From the IMG/VR virus record IMGVR_UViG_3300028615_000023, positions 554 to 64,553 of that record: a stretch of DNA of 64,000 nucleotides; one strand, written 5' to 3'. Both the position numbers and the translations under genes were made by a program. The notes beneath the pieces are model-generated. The model searched no databases and was not told where the DNA came from. It saw only the letters and a list, made by a program, of their open reading frames with translations. Origin of the DNA: a virus. Its lineage: Duplodnaviria > Caudoviricetes. Shown one piece after another: positions 1 through 8,905 of the stretch (positions are counted from its first letter, which is position 1; every line of letters begins with the position of its first letter).

Positions 1-660
1 AAAGTCATCACTCATGAACCTAACCATTTCCTTAAGTTCATCAGCCGGTTTAGTATTATCTTTCACGACTGCCTCAAGGTCCTTAAGTTCCTTTTCCCAC
101 TTCTTATACGGAATAGGAACCCCACTCTTTGCAATGTTAGGTATGTGTTCTGGATAATCACCATGCACAGAAGTTTTGATTCTTATATTACAACCGTTCT
201 TTGGATCAGTGATATCAATACCTACGCTATCTCCATCCTCATCTTCGTCATCATCTGCACCAAAGAGATAAGTTAGTTTCTCTAGCAATTTCTTGCCATA
301 GGAAAGTACCTGAACGCCATCATCAGGCTTACGGCAATCAATAACATTGGATAGAAACTGTTCGGCTCTGTAAAACTTCTTACCTCGACTAACATCCTCT
401 GGATCAGTAGAGTTAAAAAGTTTGTCACCAATTACACAAATAGGGCAACGCTTTCCAAACGTATGTTTAGGGCATACAACCCGCGTCCTATTTATGAAGT
501 GAGCATAAAACTTATAATAAAAAGGTCCATCTTCCTCAGGAGGAAGAAATCGAAGAATTGAAGAACGCTCTTTCGAGAGCGTATACTCATCTTCAAAACG
601 ATTCTTACCTCCACTTTTAAGATCATTCCTAACCGCATTCAAATCAGTTTTTCCAGCCAT
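1..660 (-). CDS. gp32-like single-stranded DNA-binding protein (3' end runs off window)
   Basis: Not in ORF track. Own translation from ATG at 660: MAGKTDLNAVR...SILRFLPPEEDGPFY..AHF..VVCPKHTFGKRCPIC...DITDPKNGCNIRI, typical T4 gp32-like motifs. Lies next to UvsY-like and polymerase genes. Confidence 0.8.
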   Translation of the reverse strand, partial: MAGKTDLNAVRNDLKSGGKNRFEDEYTLSKERSSILRFLPPEEDGPFYYKFYAHFINRTRVVCPKHTFGKRCPICVIGDKLFNSTDPEDVSRGKKFYRAEQFLSNVIDCRKPDDGVQVLSYGKKLLEKLTYLFGADDDEDEDGDSVGIDITDPKNGCNIRIKTSVHGDYPEHIPNIAKSGVPIPYKKWEKELKDLEAVVKDNTKPADELKEMVRFMSDDF

Positions 661-679
661 TATATACTAACTCCTTTAC

Positions 680-1225
680 TTAGTCTTCAGTAATATCAAT
701 ATCCAACTTACTACCTTTGATTCCATGCTTACGTATCACATTGAACAAATGCTCCTTCATTTCTACTCTATAGTTTGCACCCAAACCTATTAATGAATTC
801 ATCTTATGATCAAGAGCTTTATTAACTCCCTTGATTCGATCAACTAAGAACTGCGCATGCCTTATATCCTCCTTAATACTTATTATTGAACGTTGCCTAG
901 CTATCCACGCTGAAACATCCGGTGCTGTGGGCTTGCCCGTATGTCCTGTACGATCACTATACCTCCGTGTATCCCAAAACTTCTTTCTTAATTGTGCCTC
1001 ACGAACCTCAAGTTCATTTTCTTTCTTCTTGAGATATGCCTTAACTGCTGCTTCATGATTAGCAACGAACGCAGTTAATGATGCTTGTCTATTTAACTCG
1101 TCATTAATATCATCTCCAACATCTAGAATCTTATTTAGATCAATAACATTTTCACTAGTCGAAACCTTAGATGAATCGACTGGCACTATTCTAAGTGCTT
1201 TGTTCCGTCGCTCCTTCTCTGCCAT
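680..1225 (-). CDS. UvsY-like recombination mediator
   Basis: Helical protein ending KALDHKMNSLIGLGANYRVE; positioned just upstream of the SSB gene. Confidence 0.5.
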   Translation of the reverse strand: MAEKERRNKALRIVPVDSSKVSTSENVIDLNKILDVGDDINDELNRQASLTAFVANHEAAVKAYLKKKENELEVREAQLRKKFWDTRRYSDRTGHTGKPTAPDVSAWIARQRSIISIKEDIRHAQFLVDRIKGVNKALDHKMNSLIGLGANYRVEMKEHLFNVIRKHGIKGSKLDIDITED

Positions 1226-1448
1226 GATATTCTTTCAAATGATTATTATATGTTCTTATCAATACATCAATCTTCGCATCAAACTTCCCTGTTCCATGAT
1301 CATCCATATGTTCACGCAACCAATTATTAGTTTGCTCAATACCTTCACGCCGACTATTCTGCACTCCCTTAATTACTCGCTCAGCTATCCAATATAATCC
1401 AACTAAAAAAACAAATAGCCATATGTAATCAGATATTATCTCGATCAT
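1191..1448 (-). CDS. small membrane protein
   Basis: N-terminal TM segment YIWLFVFLVGLYWIA; start moved to ATG 1448 after a GAGGAG RBS. Confidence 0.55.
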   Translation of the reverse strand: MIEIISDYIWLFVFLVGLYWIAERVIKGVQNSRREGIEQTNNWLREHMDDHGTGKFDAKIDVLIRTYNNHLKEYHGREGATEQST

Positions 1449-1555
1449 ACGGTTAGCATCTCCTCGATACACCTACGGCAATGAATACGTTCCTTATTTG
1501 TAGTCTTGAATCTCTTTTCACAACGAGGGCATTTCTTATTTACTGGTTTTTGCAT
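1445..1555 (-). CDS. 36-aa zinc-finger microprotein
   Basis: Own translation MQKPVNKKCPRCEKRFKTTNKERIHCRRCIEEMLTV; GGAGG RBS; ATGA overlap with the next gene. Confidence 0.55.
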   Translation of the reverse strand: MQKPVNKKCPRCEKRFKTTNKERIHCRRCIEEMLTV

Positions 1556-1943
1556 TCTTTAAAACCTCCTTACATTCCATATGATGTTCTACAAACTCTT
1601 CCAAAGAATTAAAAACGGGAGCATCCATATCTAACTTAGTATGATCATACAAACCTAATCGTTCAGCTATACGCATCATTTGATTAGGTCGTTCGATCTT
1701 TTCAAGCAGTATCATAGCTCCCGCACAATGTTGTTCCTTACCAGTCTCTTTCAACGGAGGTGTTTCATATTCATCCTCATCATAATCTTCTTCGTACTCT
1801 GTAGTTTCGTGACATAAGAATGTTTTATCGTTCTTAAGTGAATCAGCAATTTCAGCAGAGAAAGTTTTTAACCATCCTTTTAAACAGTCAGTTCTGAACG
1901 GGCATAATTCACACGGTCTTATCAACGTAAACTTAATAGACAT
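1536..1943 (-). CDS. Cys-rich conserved phage protein (DUF6283-like)
   Basis: PCxxCPFR...FLCH...HCAGA pattern. Confidence 0.5.
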   Translation of the reverse strand: MSIKFTLIRPCELCPFRTDCLKGWLKTFSAEIADSLKNDKTFLCHETTEYEEDYDEDEYETPPLKETGKEQHCAGAMILLEKIERPNQMMRIAERLGLYDHTKLDMDAPVFNSLEEFVEHHMECKEVLKNAKTSK

Positions 1944-1957
1944 TTATCTCCTACACT

Positions 1958-1986
1958 ATTCTATAATGCTTTTCGGTTATGTATAA
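1958..1986 (-). promoter_or_regulatory. phage-specific promoter motif, copy 1
   Basis: TTATACATAACCGAAAAGCATTATAGAAT; motif shared with 6185, 16550 and 34776; immediately upstream of an RBS. Confidence 0.6.
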
Positions 1987-1997
1987 ACATTCAATTT

Positions 1998-4808
1998 CTA
2001 AGACGCATCGGCATAATACTCCGGTGGCTGTTCGAAATCCTTAGTTAAGAACTTATATAATGCCTTTGGCCGCTTCATATACTTCTTAACAAAGTCATCA
2101 TCAACTTCTATGTTACTGCCCATATGCCTACCTATCTTTCCTTCAACCTCGAACTTAATAACACGCAAGCTCTTAGTTGTTATAGACTCCATGATATTCT
2201 TTACCTTCACATAGAATTCCATAGCTTGTTCAACCGGCACTTCGTAAGACAATGAGTCATGCACCTCCTGTATTATCTTGACTTGTTTATATTCACTCTT
2301 AATAAGTTCATACGTTCGACGTGCAGCAAGATAAGTAACATCTGAAGCAGTTCCCTGGATAGGAGTATTTCTAGCTTGTCGCAATGCATGAGATTGTATC
2401 TTCCTATCACTAGAGTATACGTCTTCTAAGTAACGCCTACGACCGAAATCAGTTTCAGCGTAACCGTTATCCTCTGCGAACTCCTCAAACGTATCGAACA
2501 TATTTTCGAGTCCAGTGAACTGACTTAGTATTTCATCCATGCATCGGGCCGACTCATCAAAAGGTATCTCAGCTTCCTTTGATATCTTATCAGGACCGCC
2601 ACCGAATAAGATAACCCACCAAACAGTCTTAGCAATCGAACGATACTCTTTATACTTCTTATACAATTTATTAAGCTTCGGGTCCTTATCTCTCTCTTCC
2701 TTACTACTTTTGTAAACATTCATCATCTGATCATAAGGAATGCTGTAAGCTATGCATGCCGCATAACAGTGAATATCCTTACCATCACGAATGATCTCTA
2801 ATAACAATCTATCGCCGGACTTAATTGCAGCTATCCTAACTTCCAGGTTCCTATAGTCAAACATCAAAAGCACATTACCGTCTTCTGCTTTTACCATGCG
2901 CTTAATAATAGGAACACGCGCCCAATTCTGAGGATTAGGGTCGTTACCTGCACGTCTAAATGTTTCAGTTCCATTCAATAAATAAGTTGAATGGATACGA
3001 CCATCCAGCCCGATGTACTTTTGCGCACCTCTAGCATATCGAGATAGATAGGTTGAATCCTTTTTGAAAGATTGCAATCTCTTAACAAAATCCCTCTGCT
3101 TATCTGTTAGTGGAGCATAAGAAACTAAACCACTGAGAAAGTCAGAGTTAGTAGTTAAGTTTCCTTTGTCTGTTGTGAACTCGATTGAAGTTAAAAACGT
3201 CGGCCATTTAAGTCTTCGAGAAACACCATGAACATCAGCATATCTATTGAATGGATATCTCTTACGCTCTCTTGCTGGATCAAAGTCAATAAGCATGCGT
3301 AAAGCGTTACCAGCTTGAGGTGCAGAATTAAAATTAACTACTCCAGTCTTCTTACTAGCTACTGCCTCCTTAATATGTTTAGGTAACAGCTTGCTTAATT
3401 CCTTCGAACCTTCCTCCATTCTCCGTTCATAATACTTAACAAGACTTTTTCTATACTCCTCATCAACCGCATAGCCATTGGATTCCATCTCACAATAGGG
3501 ATAGACACCGGGCATAACGTGTTTACCAAAGAACTTAAATAGCTTTCGCTCCTGAAGTGTAGGCTTAAGTTTAAAGAACGTTCGATATGTACATACAGAA
3601 TCAGCAGCACCATAACGACCCACTACATCAAGATCAATCTTAGTATAATCTCTGTTCTTCGGCTCTATACCTCGCTCATTAAACCACTTCTCTAGCTGAA
3701 GTTCATAACCTCCCATGTTTACGAGCCATGCCAAATGCTTAAGAGAATGAATCCCCTTAGCACTATCAATATTATGAGACATAAGCATCGTATCAGCATA
3801 GGGATTTAATAACTCAACACCTAGAACGCCAACAAACCAGTTACGTTCAAACTGAAAATGATGTGATATCTTCCTAAGCTTAATTTTTGCAAACCATCTT
3901 AAGAAGTCTATAACCTCGGCATACGTGTCTGGATCATCCTCCCATACTTGCGGGTCTTGATGATCTACCGGAAGGTAAACACCATAATCGTTACTCCACG
4001 AAAAAGAAATCCCACCTATTAACGGAGGAACTTCTTTCATCTTCTGAGGTATCTGAGCTTTATCACTGCTAGGGTCGGAGTTAGTTTCAAAGTCGTGAGC
4101 TATATGAGTATCTGAAGGAAGGGATTGAATTGTCTTTTTAAGTTTTAGGAATTGCTTTCGAGTCTTAATAACTTCTAATTCTATGTCTGCAAGCGGATCA
4201 ACATTAGTATTTTCGTTCTTTATGAATTCACCAAAGTTAAGAAACGCTTGCTCTATGCGCTTCATAGCTTCGGGCTGTCTTAGTCCGTAGGCTGGATGGA
4301 TAATAGGCATATAAAACCTGCCATCTCTTTGAATGATGCTACCGTTATCCTTTGTTATGCTAGCACCTCTACCGATAACAGATTTCTCAGCAGGACCACC
4401 AAACAGCACAACATATTTAGGATTAACTGCTTCGATTTCCTCATCTAAATAAGGCTTACACGTCTTAACTTCTGCGTCTGTTATCTTACCATCATACCCC
4501 TTAAAGCATTTTGTCGCATTAGTAATATATACGTCCTTACGTTCTATTCCTATCTTATCTAGAAGCTTCTGAACTACTTTACCGGAAGGCGCATTAGGGT
4601 TGAACAGTATTCCAGTTTGATCTTCAATATCTCCAGGTCCTTCACCTATGATCATTAACCTAGGTTTATACGGACCCCTCCCCCATATTGGCCGTTGCGC
4701 TGTCTTATGTAACGGACATAACGTACAGTTCTTAACAACGTTGATACCTTCCGGCCTTATCCTTTTCTTTCTAAGTGCTTCTCTTGTTTCCCTGAATTGT
4801 GATTTCAT
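1998..4808 (-). CDS. polA: family A DNA polymerase with N-terminal family-4 uracil-DNA glycosylase domain and 3'-5' exonuclease
   Basis: UDG4 motifs CTLCPL, GEGPG..ED, ITNATKC, HPAY; exonuclease DFET and YGAAD; Pol A motifs DYRNLEVR, RSIAK, NTPIQGTASD, VHDS. Confidence 0.93.
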   Translation of the reverse strand: MKSQFRETREALRKKRIRPEGINVVKNCTLCPLHKTAQRPIWGRGPYKPRLMIIGEGPGDIEDQTGILFNPNAPSGKVVQKLLDKIGIERKDVYITNATKCFKGYDGKITDAEVKTCKPYLDEEIEAVNPKYVVLFGGPAEKSVIGRGASITKDNGSIIQRDGRFYMPIIHPAYGLRQPEAMKRIEQAFLNFGEFIKNENTNVDPLADIELEVIKTRKQFLKLKKTIQSLPSDTHIAHDFETNSDPSSDKAQIPQKMKEVPPLIGGISFSWSNDYGVYLPVDHQDPQVWEDDPDTYAEVIDFLRWFAKIKLRKISHHFQFERNWFVGVLGVELLNPYADTMLMSHNIDSAKGIHSLKHLAWLVNMGGYELQLEKWFNERGIEPKNRDYTKIDLDVVGRYGAADSVCTYRTFFKLKPTLQERKLFKFFGKHVMPGVYPYCEMESNGYAVDEEYRKSLVKYYERRMEEGSKELSKLLPKHIKEAVASKKTGVVNFNSAPQAGNALRMLIDFDPARERKRYPFNRYADVHGVSRRLKWPTFLTSIEFTTDKGNLTTNSDFLSGLVSYAPLTDKQRDFVKRLQSFKKDSTYLSRYARGAQKYIGLDGRIHSTYLLNGTETFRRAGNDPNPQNWARVPIIKRMVKAEDGNVLLMFDYRNLEVRIAAIKSGDRLLLEIIRDGKDIHCYAACIAYSIPYDQMMNVYKSSKEERDKDPKLNKLYKKYKEYRSIAKTVWWVILFGGGPDKISKEAEIPFDESARCMDEILSQFTGLENMFDTFEEFAEDNGYAETDFGRRRYLEDVYSSDRKIQSHALRQARNTPIQGTASDVTYLAARRTYELIKSEYKQVKIIQEVHDSLSYEVPVEQAMEFYVKVKNIMESITTKSLRVIKFEVEGKIGRHMGSNIEVDDDFVKKYMKRPKALYKFLTKDFEQPPEYYADAS

Positions 4809-4818
4809 ATGTCAAACC

Positions 4819-5055
4819 TCAATCGCCTTCATCCTCCTCTGGAAAGTAAAAATAACATCTAGAAAAACTGTGAAACACGGACAGTGCTTTATCCGATGTA
4901 CTAAACCTAATTGGTTTATAATCATTATCTTTGTAGTTCATAACAAATGGTTGAACTGGTTTATACTCCTCAGGCACCGGCGATTCATCAGGTTGAGGAG
5001 AAGTATCATACAATACTACATTGCTCCATTGACTTCTAGCTAATAATTTCGCCAT
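4819..5055 (-). CDS. hypothetical protein
   Basis: ORF with GAGGT RBS directly upstream of the polymerase. Confidence 0.55.
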   Translation of the reverse strand: MAKLLARSQWSNVVLYDTSPQPDESPVPEEYKPVQPFVMNYKDNDYKPIRFSTSDKALSVFHSFSRCYFYFPEEDEGD

Positions 5056-5106
5056 TTACATACCTCGCTACATTGATAAACATATTTCATTATTAACTCC
5101 TGAGTC

Positions 5107-5168
5107 TGGTATATATACCAAACGTAAAAAGCCCGAATTTTGCAGGGTTTCGTTGGTATATATACCAA
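5107..5168. promoter_or_regulatory. pair of palindromic operator-like sites TGGTATATATACCA
   Basis: Perfect palindromes at 5107-5120 and 5153-5168 flanking a weak terminator-like hairpin. Confidence 0.55.
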
Positions 5169-5169
5169 A

Positions 5170-5967
5170 TCATAATTTGAACCACTCTGAAAGAATACGA
5201 ATGCAAAGCTCATTAATAGCATCTGTGTTTGGATACTTTGACAAGTTACTATCAAAGGCAGCATCTTCGATTTCTAGAAAAAGCTTATCAGCATGATTCT
5301 TTACTTCCACTAAGGACCATTCCCCATTCTTAATTGCAATCAACTCATCAGCATCATGCTCTCTGAATACGTTTAACTTCTTATCTCTTAGAAACTCAAT
5401 GCCCATACGGAGCAATCGAATCAGGTGAGAAGCGTTCTTAGTATCATAACCAAACTTACGGACTAGTTCCTTGCGCTTCTCCCCCATATAACCTTTGAAC
5501 TCAGTCCGTTCCATCTTCTTAAGTTGATTGTAAGCATAACCCAAGATTGCTTGATAGCCGCTCATGCTAATGAATAGATCACGATTGTTAATAAGCTCCT
5601 GACCTAATGGATGAACAATCAAATAATGTTCATCTCTCAACCACAGCAAGCTCATAACGTTTGGATTGAATCCAATGGCCAACCTTACGAACTTAAGAAA
5701 CTCGTACGTTACTGCGTCCCATTCATCAACGAACTTTTCATATTGATCAAACCTAATGCCTGGAAAGTATCTCGTCGAAAAGTAATTGCCGATATCACCG
5801 ATAGCCACACCTAACAAATCTTTATCATCAATCGAGTTCGGATCATCATTAGGACGGTAAGTCCCATGAGATATAGAACCGCGATATCCTAACAAGATAG
5901 TTTGATCATGAATGATACCACGCTCTTTCAACATATTAATAGTTTCATCCTTATTCATTATCATCAT
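5170..5967 (-). CDS. Pol-beta superfamily nucleotidyltransferase (YcgL/RlaP-like)
   Basis: GYRGSISHG...DDKDLLG catalytic motif; NPNVMSLLW; GYDTKNASHLIRLL. Confidence 0.85.
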   Translation of the reverse strand: MMIMNKDETINMLKERGIIHDQTILLGYRGSISHGTYRPNDDPNSIDDKDLLGVAIGDIGNYFSTRYFPGIRFDQYEKFVDEWDAVTYEFLKFVRLAIGFNPNVMSLLWLRDEHYLIVHPLGQELINNRDLFISMSGYQAILGYAYNQLKKMERTEFKGYMGEKRKELVRKFGYDTKNASHLIRLLRMGIEFLRDKKLNVFREHDADELIAIKNGEWSLVEVKNHADKLFLEIEDAAFDSNLSKYPNTDAINELCIRILSEWFKL

Positions 5968-6166
5968 TCTCCAAAATAGTAACTAAGGCTTTCAAGCCTG
6001 TTATCTGACTTCCCTCAGGCTTGAACCTATCAATAGCAACATCAACAATAACATCAACATTACCATAACACTCATCAGCTTTAAGCTTGTTATTCCTAAG
6101 CGCAGCATCAACCAATGCGTTATGAACTTCCTCCTCAGTAAACTCAACTATTATTTTTCGCTTCAT
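5951..6166 (-). CDS. hypothetical protein
   Basis: ORF downstream of the promoter motif. Confidence 0.55.
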   Translation of the reverse strand: MKRKIIVEFTEEEVHNALVDAALRNNKLKADECYGNVDVIVDVAIDRFKPEGSQITGLKALVTILENDDNE

Positions 6167-6184
6167 AGTTTTCTCACCCTCACA

Positions 6185-6213
6185 ATTCAGTAATGCTTTC
6201 CGGTCAGAGTCAA
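6185..6213 (-). promoter_or_regulatory. phage-specific promoter motif, copy 2
   Basis: TTGACTCTGACCGGAAAGCATTACTGAAT. Confidence 0.55.
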
Positions 6214-6251
6214 ATTTAAAGAAAGAAAGGACACAAAGAAAGAAAGAAGAT

Positions 6252-6422
6252 AGGAACTCCCTACGGGAGTTCCTTAGGGCGAAGCCCTAAAGAAAAGAAA
6301 AACACGATCCCTATATACTACGTATATAGGTATCTGTAAAAAGAAAGTGCTCAGTTATTAACATTCCATTCCTTCGGAAGCAACTACGCTGCGCTCGCCT
6401 ACGGCGAGCTTGCTGCGTTGCT
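6252..6422. other. cluster of five hairpins with C(GNA)G triloops; candidate origin or ssDNA signal
   Basis: Inverted repeats at 6252-6274, 6274-6290, 6310-6330, 6369-6379 and 6393-6409 in a non-coding gap. Confidence 0.6.
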
Positions 6423-6609
6423 AATGCTTTTTTAAGTCTACTGAAAGATTATTAACTAGATCAGCAATAGCTTCTCGATAAGCCATCTTCAGAGCATCAC
6501 GTCTACATTCACGGCAACCTCTACGTTTATATCCACTGCCATGCTCGCATCTTGCTTTATCATCTTCTAACCATGCTTCAGATTGTAGTTGTAGCTTTGG
6601 TATAAACAT
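6421..6609 (-). CDS. small Cys/His-motif protein
   Basis: CEHGSGYKRRGCRECR; AGGAG RBS. Confidence 0.5.
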   Translation of the reverse strand: MFIPKLQLQSEAWLEDDKARCEHGSGYKRRGCRECRRDALKMAYREAIADLVNNLSVDLKKH

Positions 6610-6618
6610 TATTAACTC

Positions 6619-7248
6619 CTATTCAAAATCTGTTTGACGCCATACACCATCAGTCTTGATCAGATAACGACCGTATGAACTCGTTACTGAATACTTAACA
6701 AGATTTTCCTCCATTATTAACAGATATTTTCTTATGGTTGATCGAGGTAGATCCAGAGCTATCTGAATCGTATTTTCCTCGTCAGTAATCTTATTACTAA
6801 TCCACCTATAGGTAGCTGCTTTGATCAGATATATAGCACGTTCAGGACCTACCAACATTACTGCTATGTTGATTATTAAGTCCATAGTTTCGACTGCACG
6901 GTAATCGCTGAAGATAGCTGAGGAAGGCATGCCGATGAGTTCTTCAGCATTGACAGTAGTAGAATTAGCTCCACGCTTCTTATTAGTTAACGCTGAACGA
7001 AGTCGATATATTACAGAATTTTCTCCAGTCCTGTATGCTAACATACATGCTTGATTATAACTCTTGTGACGGTAGCGGTAGAGGGCAATCCACATATTAA
7101 CAGCTACATCATTCTCCAAATCTTCGGTAGGTATATGAAGTATGTACGCTGATCTAGCTATGTACGAATGCAATAGCTTCATACAATAAATTAATATTTC
7201 TTCTCGTTTCTTTCTTACTAATATCTTTGGCCTCTTCTTTTTTACCAT
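6619..7248 (-). CDS. putative phage sigma-factor-like transcription regulator
   Basis: Region-2-like EDLENDVAVNMWIALYRY...YRTGENSVIYRLR and a C-terminal HTH-like IALDLPRSTIRKY. Confidence 0.55.
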   Translation of the reverse strand: MVKKKRPKILVRKKREEILIYCMKLLHSYIARSAYILHIPTEDLENDVAVNMWIALYRYRHKSYNQACMLAYRTGENSVIYRLRSALTNKKRGANSTTVNAEELIGMPSSAIFSDYRAVETMDLIINIAVMLVGPERAIYLIKAATYRWISNKITDEENTIQIALDLPRSTIRKYLLIMEENLVKYSVTSSYGRYLIKTDGVWRQTDFE

Positions 7249-7688
7249 ACAATATCATCTCCGGACCTTGCTCGTTTTCTTCGTTCAGTAATTTTTCGTT
7301 TACTATGAAACGTTCTTGTTAACTTACGCCACTGAGGACATTTACAACCACCGACGTTACACTTAGTTGCTATTGAAGCAGTAGAACCAACATGGTCAGC
7401 ATATACATGACTGCAATCTGAACAAGGGAAATCTCCATAAGGATTTATGTACATATCACAATTGCATGTTACGCAATCGACATATAAATTACCTTCGAAT
7501 ATATGAGTATGTCCACACGTAACACACAATGGTCCGATTTCTCTTCTTAAGTTTCTTACCTTTCTAACTCTTTTTTTCATCCTAGGTGTATCCTTTTTAA
7601 GTTCTCTTATTAACTTAAATTCGTTCTCTAGGCTAAACTCTAGAGGGTAGGAAAGCTTAGCCATATCAGTAACATACACAATTGGCAT
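7242..7688 (-). CDS. Cys-rich zinc-binding protein
   Basis: Two CxxCxH...CxxCxC-like units. Confidence 0.55.
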   Translation of the reverse strand: MPIVYVTDMAKLSYPLEFSLENEFKLIRELKKDTPRMKKRVRKVRNLRREIGPLCVTCGHTHIFEGNLYVDCVTCNCDMYINPYGDFPCSDCSHVYADHVGSTASIATKCNVGGCKCPQWRKLTRTFHSKRKITERRKRARSGDDIVW

Positions 7689-7716
7689 ATCATTTGCAGA
7701 ATCAGTTACTTTTTTC

Positions 7717-8103
7717 TTAGCTATATATGTTACCTTCTGACTTAATGACTTTCTTACATCTTATGCAGTGTCTATGAAGTTCTCGCTTCTTACATAAACA
7801 TTCATTAAGCGAGGGCGCATGGCCCTCGCTTGAACAACCTCGATTACTTCTTATGATACCGTGCCGCATATCGCTCTGCCATATCCATTTATTAACTATC
7901 CGTTTATCTCCCATCTCGTCGATCATAAGAACTGTTTGCTTATCAGTTCTCAATGCCTTGATTTTTCTTTTTGTACTTTCATCCCAATACCATTTATTAA
8001 GAATTACTTTTGGAAGCTTAGTAACTTCATGACCTAACATTTTCATTGAATGCTTCAACTGTATTTCACGGGCATACTCCTCTATCCGTTTTACTATATT
8101 CAT
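7717..8103 (-). CDS. hypothetical protein with C-terminal Cys/His cluster
   Basis: ORF track; CLC...HCIRC. Confidence 0.55.
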   Translation of the reverse strand: MNIVKRIEEYAREIQLKHSMKMLGHEVTKLPKVILNKWYWDESTKRKIKALRTDKQTVLMIDEMGDKRIVNKWIWQSDMRHGIIRSNRGCSSEGHAPSLNECLCKKRELHRHCIRCKKVIKSEGNIYS

Positions 8104-8104
8104 T

Positions 8105-8431
8105 TTAGTACCTTGCTCTTTTGAATATATTCTCTTTTTCTTTTTTCAATGTTTTAAGATATGTATCCGCATCATTCCCAAAACCTAACCAGTCTGCAAC
8201 ACTTAAGAGAGCTTTCCAAGATATAGAAGTACTGCCACTATTATCAAAAGCAACATAACCTCCATGAGTAAAACTAATTTTTGCGCCGCGATCACGCGCG
8301 ACGTTTCCAGCCGGTCATAAATCTATCTCTCCATTCTTCCTACGTCTACCCCAATACTCACCACTTCCGAAATAAGTTGCTGTACGTGCTAGTTCTTTTT
8401 CTTTTTCAGTAAGATGTGTAATACCAACCAT
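8105..8431 (-). CDS. 108-aa protein with in-frame UGA at codon 39 (candidate selenoprotein or readthrough)
   Basis: GGAGG RBS; frame stays open for 69 codons after TGA 8315-8317; hairpin starts after an 11-nt spacer; the ORF exactly fills the intergenic gap. Confidence 0.6.
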
Positions 8432-8443
8432 TTCTTTTACCTC

Positions 8444-8905
8444 CTAAAAATAGTAATTAACTTGACTCCGTGTGATCTTATCTACAGCAAGTGTTCTTAG
8501 TTTTTCAGTAATAGAGTAATCACTCGTTGCTACATTCTTTTCACCTGGAATAAGTTTGAACCCGTAAACGGTTCTTAGCCTTCTCCAAATAAGTTTACGA
8601 TCTTCTCTAGAAATACAATATTCTGGTTTCTTAAAACCAGAATTCTCTAGTTTTCTGAATGCGCCTTTGAGTGCAAGCTTTCTCTGAATGATATGATTAG
8701 GACCGAACATATTGAATGCTTTTACAGTATGCGTTGCTATAGCCAATAGATTTTTAGTTTCTTGCTCCTCAATTCTAACGCTAGCTGTAGTAAATAGACA
8801 AGGTTCATTAACTTTACGGCCCCACGGTGGAACAAACAAACTCTCGCCGGTATCATAGTTGAAGCCAATAACAGCAACTCTCTTGTTATCAATCTTGATT
8901 CTCAT
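8444..8905 (-). CDS. hypothetical protein
   Basis: Start moved to MRIKIDNK after an AAGGAG RBS. Confidence 0.6.
   Translation of the reverse strand: MRIKIDNKRVAVIGFNYDTGESLFVPPWGRKVNEPCLFTTASVRIEEQETKNLLAIATHTVKAFNMFGPNHIIQRKLALKGAFRKLENSGFKKPEYCISREDRKLIWRRLRTVYGFKLIPGEKNVATSDYSITEKLRTLAVDKITRSQVNYYF

Noticed and set aside
6421-6440. Fifth copy of the AAAGCATTA promoter motif (also at 20951)
   Set aside because: Both lie in coding sequence and lack the upstream TT-box and downstream AAT context.
8203-8295. Hydrophobic peptide (…MLLLIIVAVLLYLGKLS) in the alternative frame after the UGA
   Set aside because: Expected artefact of T-ending codons in the main frame shifting T to codon position 2; the GGAGG is only 2 nt from the ATG.
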